DNA of 64,000 bases from Chloroflexota bacterium (GCA_016235055.1 JACRMK010000007.1:85066-149065), one strand, 5' to 3'. Counted from the first letter of the stretch, positions 1-9,890 are shown. Notes: generated by a model not told the origin, from the letters alone. Program-made: numbers and translations.

Positions 1-1
1 G

Positions 2-649
2 ATAGTCGCGGCGACCGGCCTGTGCCTGCTGTTGACGTTCTCGCGCGGCTCGCTGCTCGGCGCGGGGGTGGCCGTCGGGTTCATCCTGTTCGCCCTGCTC
101 TCGCGGCGCATGCCGCCGCTGGTCGCCGCCGTCATAACGGGGGGCAGCATCGTGCTGGGCGCCGCGCTCGTCTTCGGTCTGCTGTGGGTGCTGCCGTGGA
201 CGCAGTCGTACGCGACGCACCTGGTCGAGGGCATCCTGGGGCAGGATCGCGCCACGCAGATGCGCTTCGGCGAGTATAAGGATGCACTCAATCTGATCGC
301 GCGCTACCCGTGGTTCGGCGTCGGCTTCACCGGCGTGCCGGATGTCGATCTCTACGTCGGCGTATCGTCGCTCTACCTGCTGATGGCGTCGCGCATGGGG
401 TTGATCGGCCTGGCATCGTTTGCCATCGTGATCGTGGTCTTCTTCACCAATCGCTGGGTCGTCTTCAAGCGCGCGGCGGAGATCGATCCGATCCTGCTCG
501 GCGCGCTGGCGGCGGTGCTCGGCGCGCTGGTCGGCGGCATTTTCGATCATTACTTTTTCAACCTGGACTTCCCGCACTCCGTCACGCTCTTCTGGCTGTT
601 CGTCGGCATGGCGATGAGCGCGCATTCGGCGGATGGCAATGATGTGTAG
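2..649 (+). CDS. O-antigen ligase (Wzy_C) family membrane protein, 5'-truncated by the window edge
   Basis: The reading frame stays open back to the window start. It is a multi-TM protein with the conserved R...Y..AL.LI..YPWFGVGFG motif of O-antigen ligase-like proteins. Confidence 0.6.
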   Translation: MVAATGLCLLLTFSRGSLLGAGVAVGFILFALLSRRMPPLVAAVITGGSIVLGAALVFGLLWVLPWTQSYATHLVEGILGQDRATQMRFGEYKDALNLIARYPWFGVGFTGVPDVDLYVGVSSLYLLMASRMGLIGLASFAIVIVVFFTNRWVVFKRAAEIDPILLGALAAVLGALVGGIFDHYFFNLDFPHSVTLFWLFVGMAMSAHSADGNDV

Positions 650-708
650 GGGCACACTGCGTGTGCCCCGTGGGTTGTGCACCACCGGCGCGTGCAACGC
701 GCCCCTAC
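646..708. repeat. Structured repeat, copy 1 (GTAGGGG...CCCCTAC containing two internal hairpins)
   Basis: The outer stem gtagggg/cccctac encloses the hairpin ggggcacac-tgc-gtgtgcccc and a second imperfect hairpin gttgtgcac...gtgcaac. It is tandemly duplicated at 753-831. Confidence 0.7.
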
Positions 709-752
709 GGCGAATGGTGGCGATGCGCGCACTCGAGGGATGACGACCATGC

Positions 753-831
753 GTAGGGGCACACTGCGTGTGCCCCGTGGGTTGTGCACCACCGGCGCGT
801 GCAACGCCGGGCGCATGCCATGCGCCCCTAC
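753..831. repeat. Structured repeat, copy 2 (same unit as 646-708, with a 16-17 nt insertion)
   Basis: Near-identical direct repeat of 646-708, immediately upstream of the E2-like gene. Confidence 0.7.
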
Positions 832-854
832 GGTGGTGTGTAGAGATTGACACG

Positions 855-1871
855 ATGGATTTCACGCTTTCCGCGCTGAATGGCGATGGGCCGGTCACGG
901 TGGGCCGCTGGCGGCGGCAGGCCGGCGAGCGTGTCGCAATCGGCGAGCCGTTGCTGGAAGCGCACTCGGCGCGCTTCGATTGGGATATTCCGGCGCCGTG
1001 CGACGGTGTGCTTGAAACAGTCGCTGCGTCGGCCGGTGCGCTGGCGACGCCGGGCGACCGGCTGGCGTTGATCCGTCCCGACAGCGTGGCCACGGCGCGG
1101 CCGGCGCGTATCTCGCCGCTGGCGGCGCGCATGGCCGCTGCATATAGCCTGCCGCTGGATCGTGTGCCTTCGACCGGGCGAATCGAGCGCGCCGATGTGC
1201 TGGCGGCACTGGCAGCGCGCGAAGCACAGGCTGCTGATACGATTCGCCCGCTGACGACGGCGCAGCGCGAGCGTGCCGAGCGTGTGGCGCGCATCGCGCG
1301 CGACGTGCCGCACGGCACCGTTACGGCTGCGCTGGATCTGAGCGCGATCGCGGCCGAACGCGCGGCGATGCAGCCGGCGTGGGCGCGGCGCGAGCGCGTG
1401 GCATTGGACGATCTGGCCTTCCTGGTTCACGCGGCGGTGGCCGCGCTGTTGGACGTGCCGGAATGTAACGCGACGGTCACAGCCGATGGCGTGCGCTTGC
1501 ACCGCACTGTTCACGTTGCGATCTCGATTGATGATGGTACGGCTCTGCCGCGTGCTGGCGTGATTGCGAACGCCGAGCGCTATAACATTGTCGGCATCGC
1601 GCGGCGGCTGTCACAGGCACAGACCGATGGTTCGCTTGAAGGCGGCACGCTGACGATTCGTTCGCGAGCCGCGCTGCTGGCGACCGATCTGGTTGCCGAC
1701 GGGCAGACCGCCGTGCTGAACATCGGCCCGGTCGTGGCGCGCGCGGTGGCGGCAGGTGAAGCGGAAACTCAAGTTCATCCGGTCGTGCACGTCAGCCTGA
1801 CATGCGACCGGCGCGCGGTGAGCGATGCCGCCGCGCAGCGATTCTTGGAGCGGCTAGCGACTAGCAGCTAG
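855..1871 (+). CDS. 2-oxoacid dehydrogenase E2 (dihydrolipoamide acyltransferase)-like protein; it lacks the lipoyl-lysine and the catalytic histidine, so it is a predicted pseudoenzyme
   Basis: It has a lipoyl-like N-terminal domain in which SAR replaces the E-x-D-K-A lipoylation motif (LEAHSARFDW). The peripheral-subunit-binding domain (ISPLAARMAAAYSLPLDRV) is intact. The C-terminal acyltransferase domain ends in TCDRRAVSDA instead of DHRxxDG. Confidence 0.65.
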   Translation: MDFTLSALNGDGPVTVGRWRRQAGERVAIGEPLLEAHSARFDWDIPAPCDGVLETVAASAGALATPGDRLALIRPDSVATARPARISPLAARMAAAYSLPLDRVPSTGRIERADVLAALAAREAQAADTIRPLTTAQRERAERVARIARDVPHGTVTAALDLSAIAAERAAMQPAWARRERVALDDLAFLVHAAVAALLDVPECNATVTADGVRLHRTVHVAISIDDGTALPRAGVIANAERYNIVGIARRLSQAQTDGSLEGGTLTIRSRAALLATDLVADGQTAVLNIGPVVARAVAAGEAETQVHPVVHVSLTCDRRAVSDAAAQRFLERLATSS

Positions 1872-1894
1872 CAACTAGCCTGGGAGAGTGCAAG

Positions 1895-2413
1895 GTGATG
1901 TTGGACATTGTGAAGGTGCCGGATCCGATCCTGCGCCAGCGGGCCAAGAAGGTGGCGAAGGTGACCCCGGCGGTGCAGAAACTGCTCGACGACATGGCTG
2001 AGACGATGCGCGAAGCGCCCGGCGTCGGGCTGGCCGCGCCGCAGGTCGGCGTGCTCCAGCGACTGATCGTCGTCGATGTGCAGCCGGACGAGGAAGAGCC
2101 GGAAGCGCAGTCAGGCTTCTTCCGGCTAGTCAACCCGGAGATCCTGAAGGCGAGCCGCGACATGGAGGAAGGGCCGGAAGGCTGCCTCTCCATTCCGGGC
2201 TATCAGGGCGATATCGAACGACACGTTTGGGTCGAGGTTCGCGCGCTGGATCATACGGGCAAGCCGTTCCGCATGAAGGCGCGCGGCTACCTGGCGCGCG
2301 TCATACAACACGAGATCGACCACCTCGACGGCATCCTGTTCCTCGACCGGCTCAAGAGCGCGGACAAGCTTTACAAGCTGGAGCCGCAGGAACCGCACGC
2401 GGAACCGGCGTAG
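1895..2413 (+). CDS. def: Peptide deformylase
   Basis: It carries the GxGLAAPQ, EGCLS and HEIDHLDG motifs. Confidence 0.9.
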   Translation: MMLDIVKVPDPILRQRAKKVAKVTPAVQKLLDDMAETMREAPGVGLAAPQVGVLQRLIVVDVQPDEEEPEAQSGFFRLVNPEILKASRDMEEGPEGCLSIPGYQGDIERHVWVEVRALDHTGKPFRMKARGYLARVIQHEIDHLDGILFLDRLKSADKLYKLEPQEPHAEPA

Positions 2414-2419
2414 TTCACC

Positions 2420-3511
2420 ATGAAGATACTCGCGGTTGATGTTGGCACCGGCACGCAGGATATCCTGCTGTTCGACAGCACGCGCGCCATCGAGAACTGC
2501 CTCAAGATGGTCATGCCGTCGCCGACGGCGCTGGTTGCTGACGCCATCCGGCAGGCGACGGCCAAGCGCCAGCCGGTCGTGCTGACCGGCACGCTCATGG
2601 GCGGCGGGCCGTCGAACTGGGCCGCCGACGACCATATGCGGGCGGGACTGCGCGTCTACGCCACGCCGCAGGCGGCGCTGTCGTTCAACGACGAACTCGA
2701 AGCGGTTGCGCGCAGCGGCATCCGGATCATTTCGGACGACGAGGCGAAGCGGCTCAAGCGCGTCAAGCGCATTGAGATGCGCGACTTCTATCTGCCGCAG
2801 ATCACCTGGGCGTTCGAGTCGTTCGGGCTCTCGCTCGACGACGTGGATGCATACGCCGTCGCGGTCTTCGACCACGGCAACGCGCCCGCCGGCGCCTCCG
2901 ACCGCCGTTTCCGCTTCGACTTCATCGCCGAGGCGCTCACGGGCGGCGGGAAGCTCTCGGCGTTCGCGTTCCCACGCGACCGCATCCCGCCGCGCATGAC
3001 GCGCATGCAGGCCACCGCAAGCTCAGTGGAAAACGACAAGCCGCTGCTGATGATGGACACCGCGCCGGCCGCCGTGCTCGGCGCGCTGGAAGACCCGCGC
3101 GTGCGCGCCCTGCCGCGCGCCGTGATCGCCAACGTCGGCAACTTCCACACGCTGGCGTTTAACATGGGCGACGGCCAGGTGCGCGGCGTGTTCGAGCACC
3201 ATACCGGCGAACTGACGGCCGCCGAGCTTGAGGCATATCTGCAGAAGCTGGCGCGCGGCGAGGTGACCAACGACGAGGTCTTCAACGACATGGGGCACGG
3301 CGCGCTCGTGTTCGACGCGGCGGCGCCCGCGCCGTCCGACTATGTAGTGATCGGCCCGCGGCGCGGCCTCCTGCGCGGTTCCGCGCTCCAGCCGTATTTC
3401 GCCGTGCCGCATGGCGACATGATGATCGCCGGCTGCTTCGGCCTCGTCCGCGCCTTTGCCGACCACGCCCCCGACTGGAAGGACGAGATTGAGAAGGTTC
3501 TCGGACAATGA
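2420..3511 (+). CDS. DUF1786-like ASKHA-fold protein (hypothetical)
   Basis: The N-terminus MKILAVDVGTGTQDILL is an actin/hexokinase-fold phosphate-1-like motif. The family assignment is from memory. Confidence 0.45.
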   Translation: MKILAVDVGTGTQDILLFDSTRAIENCLKMVMPSPTALVADAIRQATAKRQPVVLTGTLMGGGPSNWAADDHMRAGLRVYATPQAALSFNDELEAVARSGIRIISDDEAKRLKRVKRIEMRDFYLPQITWAFESFGLSLDDVDAYAVAVFDHGNAPAGASDRRFRFDFIAEALTGGGKLSAFAFPRDRIPPRMTRMQATASSVENDKPLLMMDTAPAAVLGALEDPRVRALPRAVIANVGNFHTLAFNMGDGQVRGVFEHHTGELTAAELEAYLQKLARGEVTNDEVFNDMGHGALVFDAAAPAPSDYVVIGPRRGLLRGSALQPYFAVPHGDMMIAGCFGLVRAFADHAPDWKDEIEKVLGQ

Positions 3512-5693
3512 GCGGGTCGCGCTCGTCCTGACCGGCTTCGCCCTTCTCGCCGTCATATACGGCCTCGTCACGCCGATTTTCGAGGGCTACGACGAGGACT
3601 CGCACTTCGCGTTTGTCCAGTATGTCGCGAGCGGGCGCGGCCTGCCTCGCCAGCCCGCCGCCGAATACCCGCACCTCGCCAAGCACGAGGCTAACCAGCC
3701 CCCGCTGTACTATCTGCTGTCCGCGCCGCTGATCGCCTGGCTCGATACGAGCGACCTGCCCGCCCGCCTCGTCGACAACCCGCACGCCGTCTATTACCCG
3801 CCGCCGTACCCGGACAACCAGAACGCCGTGGTGCACCACGACGACGAAGGCTTCCCGTGGCAGGGCGCGGTGCTGGCGGTGCACCTGGTGCGGCTGTTCT
3901 CGGTGCTGTTCGGTGTCGGCACCCTTGCCTGTACGTTTGCGCTCGCCCGCACGCTCTTCCCGGCCGAGCCGACGCTCGTCTGGGGCGCGCTCGTCGTGAA
4001 CGCGCTGATTCCCTCGTTCATTTTTAGCTCCGCGCTGGTCAGCAATGACGGCCTGGTCACGTTCATGTCGGCCTTGGCGCTGTTGCTGCTCGCCCGGCTC
4101 TGGCGCGCGTCGTACCGCGATGGCGACTATATCGTGCTGGGCAGCGTGCTCGGCGCGGCGGCGCTCTCGAAGCTGAGCGGCCTCTGGGTCTGGCCGTTTG
4201 CCGCACTGGTGCTGGCCGCGCTCGGCCTGTACCGTCGGCAGATCGCGCGCTACTTGCGCGGCGGCCTGATCGCCTTCACCGTCGGGGCAATCATCAGCGG
4301 CTGGTGGTACGCGCGGAACTGGGTGTATTATAGAGATGTCACCGGCCTGAACGTCCTGCTCGATATGATCGGGCGGCGCGGCAAGAACTTCACCCTGCTC
4401 GACTTCCTGCCGGAGACCGAAGGTATCCGCTGGTCGTTCTGGGCGCTGTTCGGCTGGTTCAATGTGCCGGTCGCCGACTGGCTGTACCGCCTGTATGACG
4501 CAGCGCTACTCGTCGCCCTGGCGGGGATGGCCGTCTGGACAGTGCGTGCCGCGCGGCAGAAGCGCTGGGCCGAGCTTGGCTCGCTGGCGCTCGCCGCCGG
4601 GTGGTTCCTGACGATCGTGGCTGCGCTCGTCAACCTGAATATGCAGACGATCGTCGCGCAGGGGCGGTTACTGTTCCCGGCGCTCTCGGCCATCGTGATT
4701 CTGTTCGTGCGCGGCTGGCTCGTCTGGTTGCCGCCGGCGCAGCGGTGGGCGCGCTGGGCGACGCGCGGCGCGTTGGCGGCGATGCTCGTGCTGGCGATTT
4801 ACGTGCCGTTTGGCGTCATCGCGCCAGTCTACGCCACGCCCGACTCGCTGATGCTGGCGCAGGCGCGCACCCAGGCGCCGCAGGCGGTTGATGCCCGGAT
4901 CGGCGACGACGTGACCCTACTCGGCGTCGCGCTTGATGCATCCGTTCTGCGCCCCGGTGAGACGGTGTGGGTGACGCTCTGCTGGCGCGCGGAGCGCAGA
5001 CCGTCTGAAAACGACCTGTTGTTCGTGCAGTTGCTCGTCGATGGCGACCTGATCGCCGCGCAGAAAGACACGTACAACGGCAACGGCAACTTTCCGACCG
5101 GGATCTGGCCGGCGGGCATCGTCTTCTGCGAGCGGGTCCCGCTGGATGTGCGGGTCAGCGCGCCGGACTCGGCGGCGACTGCGTTGGTTATCGGGTTAGC
5201 GCGCCAGAATGGTGAGCGTCTACCGGTCATGATCGCCGGCAAGCCATCGGGCGACGCGGTCCGTGTGCCGGCGCCGCCGCTCGCCGTGGCGGCCGGGCAG
5301 CAGCGGCTTACCTACGATTGGGGCCATGCGGTGATGCTGACCGACTACCGGCTCGACCGCGCGGTTGTCGCGGCGGGCGGCACGCTCGACCTGACTCTGC
5401 GCTGGCGTCTACTGTCGCTGCCGGCGGGGGGCCTCGTGGCGACGGTGCAGGTCTTCGACGAGCGTGGCGTGCGCGTGGCGCAAAGCGATGCGCGGCTCGA
5501 TCTGCCGCAGGCGCCCGGCGCGGAGTGGGAAGAGCAGCGCGATCTGAAAATCACGCCGGACGCGAAGCCCGGCGTCTATGATCTGCGGGTCGGCCTCTAC
5601 GAGTCGGGCCGTGGCAGGAACCTGCCGTCGTACCGCGGCCAGTTCGCTCTCGGTGGCGGCTTGCTCTCGCTCTGGAAGATCCGCGTGCCGTAG
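3456..5693 (+). CDS. Glycosyltransferase family 39 (ArnT/PMT-like) membrane protein with two tandem C-terminal extracytoplasmic domains
   Basis: The N-terminal multi-TM region has a DE..H motif (YDEDSHF). The C-terminus has two homologous domains of about 110 aa. The start is uncertain: ATG 3456 overlaps the upstream gene by 56 nt, and an alternative TTG lies at 3489. Confidence 0.65.
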   Translation: MPTTPPTGRTRLRRFSDNERVALVLTGFALLAVIYGLVTPIFEGYDEDSHFAFVQYVASGRGLPRQPAAEYPHLAKHEANQPPLYYLLSAPLIAWLDTSDLPARLVDNPHAVYYPPPYPDNQNAVVHHDDEGFPWQGAVLAVHLVRLFSVLFGVGTLACTFALARTLFPAEPTLVWGALVVNALIPSFIFSSALVSNDGLVTFMSALALLLLARLWRASYRDGDYIVLGSVLGAAALSKLSGLWVWPFAALVLAALGLYRRQIARYLRGGLIAFTVGAIISGWWYARNWVYYRDVTGLNVLLDMIGRRGKNFTLLDFLPETEGIRWSFWALFGWFNVPVADWLYRLYDAALLVALAGMAVWTVRAARQKRWAELGSLALAAGWFLTIVAALVNLNMQTIVAQGRLLFPALSAIVILFVRGWLVWLPPAQRWARWATRGALAAMLVLAIYVPFGVIAPVYATPDSLMLAQARTQAPQAVDARIGDDVTLLGVALDASVLRPGETVWVTLCWRAERRPSENDLLFVQLLVDGDLIAAQKDTYNGNGNFPTGIWPAGIVFCERVPLDVRVSAPDSAATALVIGLARQNGERLPVMIAGKPSGDAVRVPAPPLAVAAGQQRLTYDWGHAVMLTDYRLDRAVVAAGGTLDLTLRWRLLSLPAGGLVATVQVFDERGVRVAQSDARLDLPQAPGAEWEEQRDLKITPDAKPGVYDLRVGLYESGRGRNLPSYRGQFALGGGLLSLWKIRVP

Positions 5694-5716
5694 CGTATGC
5701 AGGTGGTGGGGATCGC

Positions 5717-6202
5717 ATGAATCGCATCGAATACACGCACGGGGATGCCGCATGGTTGGAGATCATCCAGCCGCTCTGGGAGAAGCTGAAACGGCACCAT
5801 GAGCAGGGCTCGCGGCATTTCGCACAGATCTACCGGCAGTTCACATTCGAGCAGCGGCTGCAAAAGTTTCGGGATAGCGGCGCCAGCGCATTTCGCGTCG
5901 AGTTGGCCCGCGATTCGGGCGATATGCGGCTCGCCGGATACTGTGTGAGCATGGTTCGCCCGAATGACACCGGCGAGATCGATTCGCTGTATGTGGATGA
6001 GCCCTACCGCGGCGCGGGCATCGCCGACACGCTGATGCGCCGCGGCCTCGACTGGCTGAAGGCCAGCGGTGCGCGTTACATCGAAATCAACGTGGCGGCC
6101 GGCAACGAAAGTGTCCTTAGCTTCTATGCGCGCTATGGCTTCTATCCGCGCCATACGACGCTGGCCGAAAAGCAAGTGCCGCCGGCGGCGCCCAAATCCT
6201 AA
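5717..6202 (+). CDS. GNAT family N-acetyltransferase
   Basis: It has a GNAT acetyl-CoA-binding motif (YRGAGIADTLM) and the expected size. Confidence 0.75.
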   Translation: MNRIEYTHGDAAWLEIIQPLWEKLKRHHEQGSRHFAQIYRQFTFEQRLQKFRDSGASAFRVELARDSGDMRLAGYCVSMVRPNDTGEIDSLYVDEPYRGAGIADTLMRRGLDWLKASGARYIEINVAAGNESVLSFYARYGFYPRHTTLAEKQVPPAAPKS

Positions 6203-7626
6203 TGACAGATGCGACAACTATGTGGCAACATTACCATCAACCGGCCAGCCTCGCTGAGGCGCTCGACCTGCTGGCGCAGTATCGCGAGCAGGCGCGCATC
6301 GTCAACGGCGGCACCGATCTGCTAATCGAAATCGAGCGCAAGCTGCGCGCGCCGCAAGCCGTCATCGACATCAGTCGTATCGCGGGGCTGGATGTGATCA
6401 CGGTGGACGCCGGCACGGTGCGGCTCGGCGCGGGCGTGACGCACAATCAGGTCGTCGCGCACCCGTTTCTGCGCGAGCGGGCGTTCGCGCTGGCGCGCGC
6501 CTGCTGGGACGTCGGCGCGCCGCAGATTCGCAATCGCGGCACCGTCGCGGGCAACCTGGTCACCGCCTCGCCCGCCAACGATACGATTACGCCGCTCTGG
6601 GCGCTCGGCGCATCGGTTGTCCTGCGCAGCGCACGTGGCACGCGCACGCTGGCGCTGCCGGAGTTCTATCAGGGCGTGCGCCGCACGGCGCTCGAACCGG
6701 ACGAGATGCTCGTCGAGGTTGCGTTCCCACTGCCCGATGCCTCGGCGCGCAGCACGTTCCATAAGCTCGGCCTGCGCCGCGCGCAGGCGATCTCGGTGAT
6801 CAACGTCGCTGCGCTGCTCGTGCTGGACGGCGGCACGGTGCGCTCGGCGCGCATCACACTCGGCGCGGTCGCGCCGACGATCGTCGAGGCGGTTGAAGCT
6901 GGGCGCTATCTGGCGGGCCGCGTGCTAGACGATGCGGCGATTGCCGAGGCGTCGCGGCTGGCGATGGATGCCGCGCGACCGATCGACGACGTGCGCGGCC
7001 CGGCTGCGTACCGCCGCGCCATGGTCGGTGTGCACGTTGCACGCGCCTTGCGCGAACTGCGCGACGGTCGCGAGCGCGACGATTTTCCCGCGCATCCGGT
7101 GATGCTCTGGGGCGTGAGCGGCGGCCGCTTCCCGCCTGTGTCAGCGGCGGTGCCCGACCGCGCGCCGATCGAGGTGTCAGTCAACGGGCAACAATACGTC
7201 TCGGCGACCGGCTACGACAAGACGCTGCTGCGTTTCCTGCGCGAAGACCTGCACCTGATTGGCACCAAGGAAGGCTGTGCCGAGGGCGAGTGCGGCGCGT
7301 GCACCGTGCTGTTGGACGGCATCGCCGTGATGGCGTGCCTGGTGCCGGCGGCACGCGCGCACGGCGCACAGATCGTCAGCGTTGAAGGCATCGGCAGCGG
7401 CGGGCAGTTACACCCCGTACAGCGCGGCCTGATCGAGTCGGGCGGCGTTCAGTGCGGTTACTGCACGCCGGGCTTCGTCGTCAGCGGCGCGAGCCTGCTG
7501 GCCGAAACGCCCGCGCCGACGACGGACGAGATCAAGCAGGCGTTCACAGGCAACCTGTGCCGCTGCACCGGCTATGTGAAGATCGTGGACGCCGTCGCGC
7601 GTGCAGCGCAGGAAGCCCACTCATGA
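6202..7626 (+). CDS. Xanthine dehydrogenase-family Mo-hydroxylase: fused FAD-binding (CoxM-like) and 2Fe-2S (CoxS-like) subunit
   Basis: There is a GGTDL FAD motif at the N-terminus. The C-terminal 160 aa carry the two [2Fe-2S] cysteine clusters (CAEGECGAC...CGYCTPG...CRCTGY). The start overlaps the upstream stop (taATG). Confidence 0.85.
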   Translation: MTDATTMWQHYHQPASLAEALDLLAQYREQARIVNGGTDLLIEIERKLRAPQAVIDISRIAGLDVITVDAGTVRLGAGVTHNQVVAHPFLRERAFALARACWDVGAPQIRNRGTVAGNLVTASPANDTITPLWALGASVVLRSARGTRTLALPEFYQGVRRTALEPDEMLVEVAFPLPDASARSTFHKLGLRRAQAISVINVAALLVLDGGTVRSARITLGAVAPTIVEAVEAGRYLAGRVLDDAAIAEASRLAMDAARPIDDVRGPAAYRRAMVGVHVARALRELRDGRERDDFPAHPVMLWGVSGGRFPPVSAAVPDRAPIEVSVNGQQYVSATGYDKTLLRFLREDLHLIGTKEGCAEGECGACTVLLDGIAVMACLVPAARAHGAQIVSVEGIGSGGQLHPVQRGLIESGGVQCGYCTPGFVVSGASLLAETPAPTTDEIKQAFTGNLCRCTGYVKIVDAVARAAQEAHS

Positions 7627-9839
7627 CGCGCGAGAAACTGCTCGGCGCGCTGGGCGAATCGCACACACGCGTCGACGCGGCCGGCAAAGTGACCGGCGCG
7701 GCGGAGTATCCCGGGGACATCGACCGGCCGGGCCAACTCTGGCTCAAGACGCTCTACGCCAGGCGGCCGCACGCGCGTATCAAGCGGCTCGATACCGCGC
7801 GCGCGGAACGCGCCGACGGCGTTGTGCGCGTCTTCACGGCGCGCGATATTCCGGTCAACGAGTTCGGTCTGATCATGTTCGACGCGCCGGTGCTGGCGCA
7901 CGATGTCGTGCGCTGGATCGGCGAGAAGGTTGCGCTGGTCGTCGCCGAGAGCGAGGCGCAGGCCGCCGCCGCGCTCGACCTGATCGATGTCGAGTACGAG
8001 GATCTGCCGGCCATTACCGACCCGCACGATGCGCGCAAGCCGGGCGTGTCGGACATCAACCCGCTGCACCCCGGCAACCTGCTGAAGCATATCCCGATCC
8101 GCAAGGGCGATGTGGCGCGCGGGTTTGCCGAGTCCGACGTGATCGTCGAAGGCGAGTACTATACGCCGATGCAGGAGCACGCCTACCTCCAGCCCGAGGC
8201 GGGCATTGCGTACATGGACGACGAAGACCGCGTAACGGTGCAAGTCGCCGGGCAGTGGACGCACGAGGACCGACAGCAGATCGCCCATGCGCTGGAACTG
8301 CCCGAAGAGCGCGTGCGCGTGATCTACCCGGCGATCGGCGGCGCGTTCGGCGGCCGCGAGGACATGAGCGTGCAGATCATTCTCGCGCTCGCGGTGTGGC
8401 GGCTGGCGCAGGCCGACATTCATCGCCCCGTCAAGACGATCTGGTCGCGCGAAGAGTCGATCCTGTCGCACCACAAGCGGCACCAAACGTGGATCCGCGC
8501 GCGCTGGGGCGCGAAGCGTGACGGCACACTCGTGGCGGCGCAGGTCGAGGTGCTGGCCGACGCCGGTCCGTATGCGTACACGTCGACCAAAGTGCTGGGC
8601 AACATGGCGGTCGGCTGCGCCGGGCCGTACCACTGGCCGCACGCGCAGATCGACGCCTATGCCGTGGCCACGAATAACATCCCGTCGGGTGCGTTTCGCG
8701 GCTTCGGCGCGCCGCAGGCGCACTTCGCCGCCGAACAGCAGATGAACAAGCTGGCCGAAGCGCTCGGCATCGACCCGGTCGCGCTGCGGCTGAAGAACGT
8801 CCTGCGCGAGGGACAGTTGACGACGACGCAGACGCCGCTGCCGGGCGGCCCGGTCGCGCTGCCGCAGGTCGTCGCGCGCTGCGCGGAGGCGGCCGCTTGG
8901 GAAGCAAACCGTACACGCCCGCCGCGATCCGGTCCGGTCGTGCGCGGACGCGGCTTCGCCTGCGCATTCAAGAACATCGGCTTCTCGTTTGGTGTGCAGG
9001 AAGGCGCCAGCGCCACCGTCGAGATCCACGGCACCAACGAAATCACCGGCGCAACGCTGAGCATCGCCGCGGCGGACTGCGGGCAGGGCTCGCACACGGC
9101 GTTGACTCAGATGTGCGCGGAACTGCTTGGGATCGACGTGGCGCAGGTGTCGCTCGTCGCGTCCGACACGGCGACCAGCGAAAGCTTCGGCAGCGCCAGC
9201 GCCTCGCGCTCGACCTTCATGGCCAGCAACGCGATTCGCGGCGCAGTGCAGCAGGCGCTTCAGGCATGGACGGAAGAGGAGCGGCCAGCGCGTGCGACCT
9301 ACCGCTACGACGCGCCGTACACCGAGAACTTCGACCCGCTCACCGGCAAGGCCAAGCCGAACATCGCCTATGGTTATGTGGCGCAGGCGGCCGACGTGGA
9401 CGTGGATACCGAAACGGGGCAAGTGCACGTGCGGCGCGTCTGGTGCGCGGACGATGTCGGCAGAGCGGTCAACCCGCAGTTGATCGAGGGCCAGATCGAA
9501 GGCGCGATTACACAGGCGGTCGGCTTCGCCGTCACCGAGAACTTCGTCACGCGCGATGGCCGCGTGTTGACACCGCACTTCAGCACCTACCTGATCCCCG
9601 GCGTGCTCGACGCGCCCGAGCGCGTCGATTCCGTCATCCTGGAGTACCCGGACGACGAGGGTGCCTGGGGTGTGCGCGGCATGGCCGAAATGCCGTTCAT
9701 CCCGCTCGCCCCGGCCGTCACCGCCGCCGTGCACGATGCGACTGGCATCTGGTTCGACGCGCTGCCGCTGGCGCCGTGGAGGGTGTGGGAGAGACAACGG
9801 ACGAGAAACGGACAAACGGACACGCGACACCGGACGTAG
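7623..9839 (+). CDS. Xanthine dehydrogenase-family molybdopterin-binding large subunit
   Basis: There is an ATGA overlap with the upstream subunit gene and an AFRGFGAPQ motif. It has no CO-dehydrogenase VAYRCSFR active-site loop. The 3' end runs into the ACGGACAAACGGA repeat region. Confidence 0.85.
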   Translation: MTREKLLGALGESHTRVDAAGKVTGAAEYPGDIDRPGQLWLKTLYARRPHARIKRLDTARAERADGVVRVFTARDIPVNEFGLIMFDAPVLAHDVVRWIGEKVALVVAESEAQAAAALDLIDVEYEDLPAITDPHDARKPGVSDINPLHPGNLLKHIPIRKGDVARGFAESDVIVEGEYYTPMQEHAYLQPEAGIAYMDDEDRVTVQVAGQWTHEDRQQIAHALELPEERVRVIYPAIGGAFGGREDMSVQIILALAVWRLAQADIHRPVKTIWSREESILSHHKRHQTWIRARWGAKRDGTLVAAQVEVLADAGPYAYTSTKVLGNMAVGCAGPYHWPHAQIDAYAVATNNIPSGAFRGFGAPQAHFAAEQQMNKLAEALGIDPVALRLKNVLREGQLTTTQTPLPGGPVALPQVVARCAEAAAWEANRTRPPRSGPVVRGRGFACAFKNIGFSFGVQEGASATVEIHGTNEITGATLSIAAADCGQGSHTALTQMCAELLGIDVAQVSLVASDTATSESFGSASASRSTFMASNAIRGAVQQALQAWTEEERPARATYRYDAPYTENFDPLTGKAKPNIAYGYVAQAADVDVDTETGQVHVRRVWCADDVGRAVNPQLIEGQIEGAITQAVGFAVTENFVTRDGRVLTPHFSTYLIPGVLDAPERVDSVILEYPDDEGAWGVRGMAEMPFIPLAPAVTAAVHDATGIWFDALPLAPWRVWERQRTRNGQTDTRHRT

Positions 9840-9890
9840 AACGGACAAACGGATGGGAACTCACAAGCGGACTAACAAGGGAGTCGTCAT
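9791..9890. repeat. Left imperfect inverted repeat of the GxxExxY cassette (reiterated ACGGACAAACGGAC motifs)
   Basis: gagacaacggacgagaaacggacaaacggacacgcg... mirrors the reverse complement of 10373-10470. Confidence 0.7.

Noticed and set aside
7572-9848. 758-aa ORF on the minus strand
   Set aside because: It is antisense to the Mo-hydroxylase large subunit, which has a clear family signature. Its Arg/Ala-rich low-complexity translation is typical of high-GC antisense frames.
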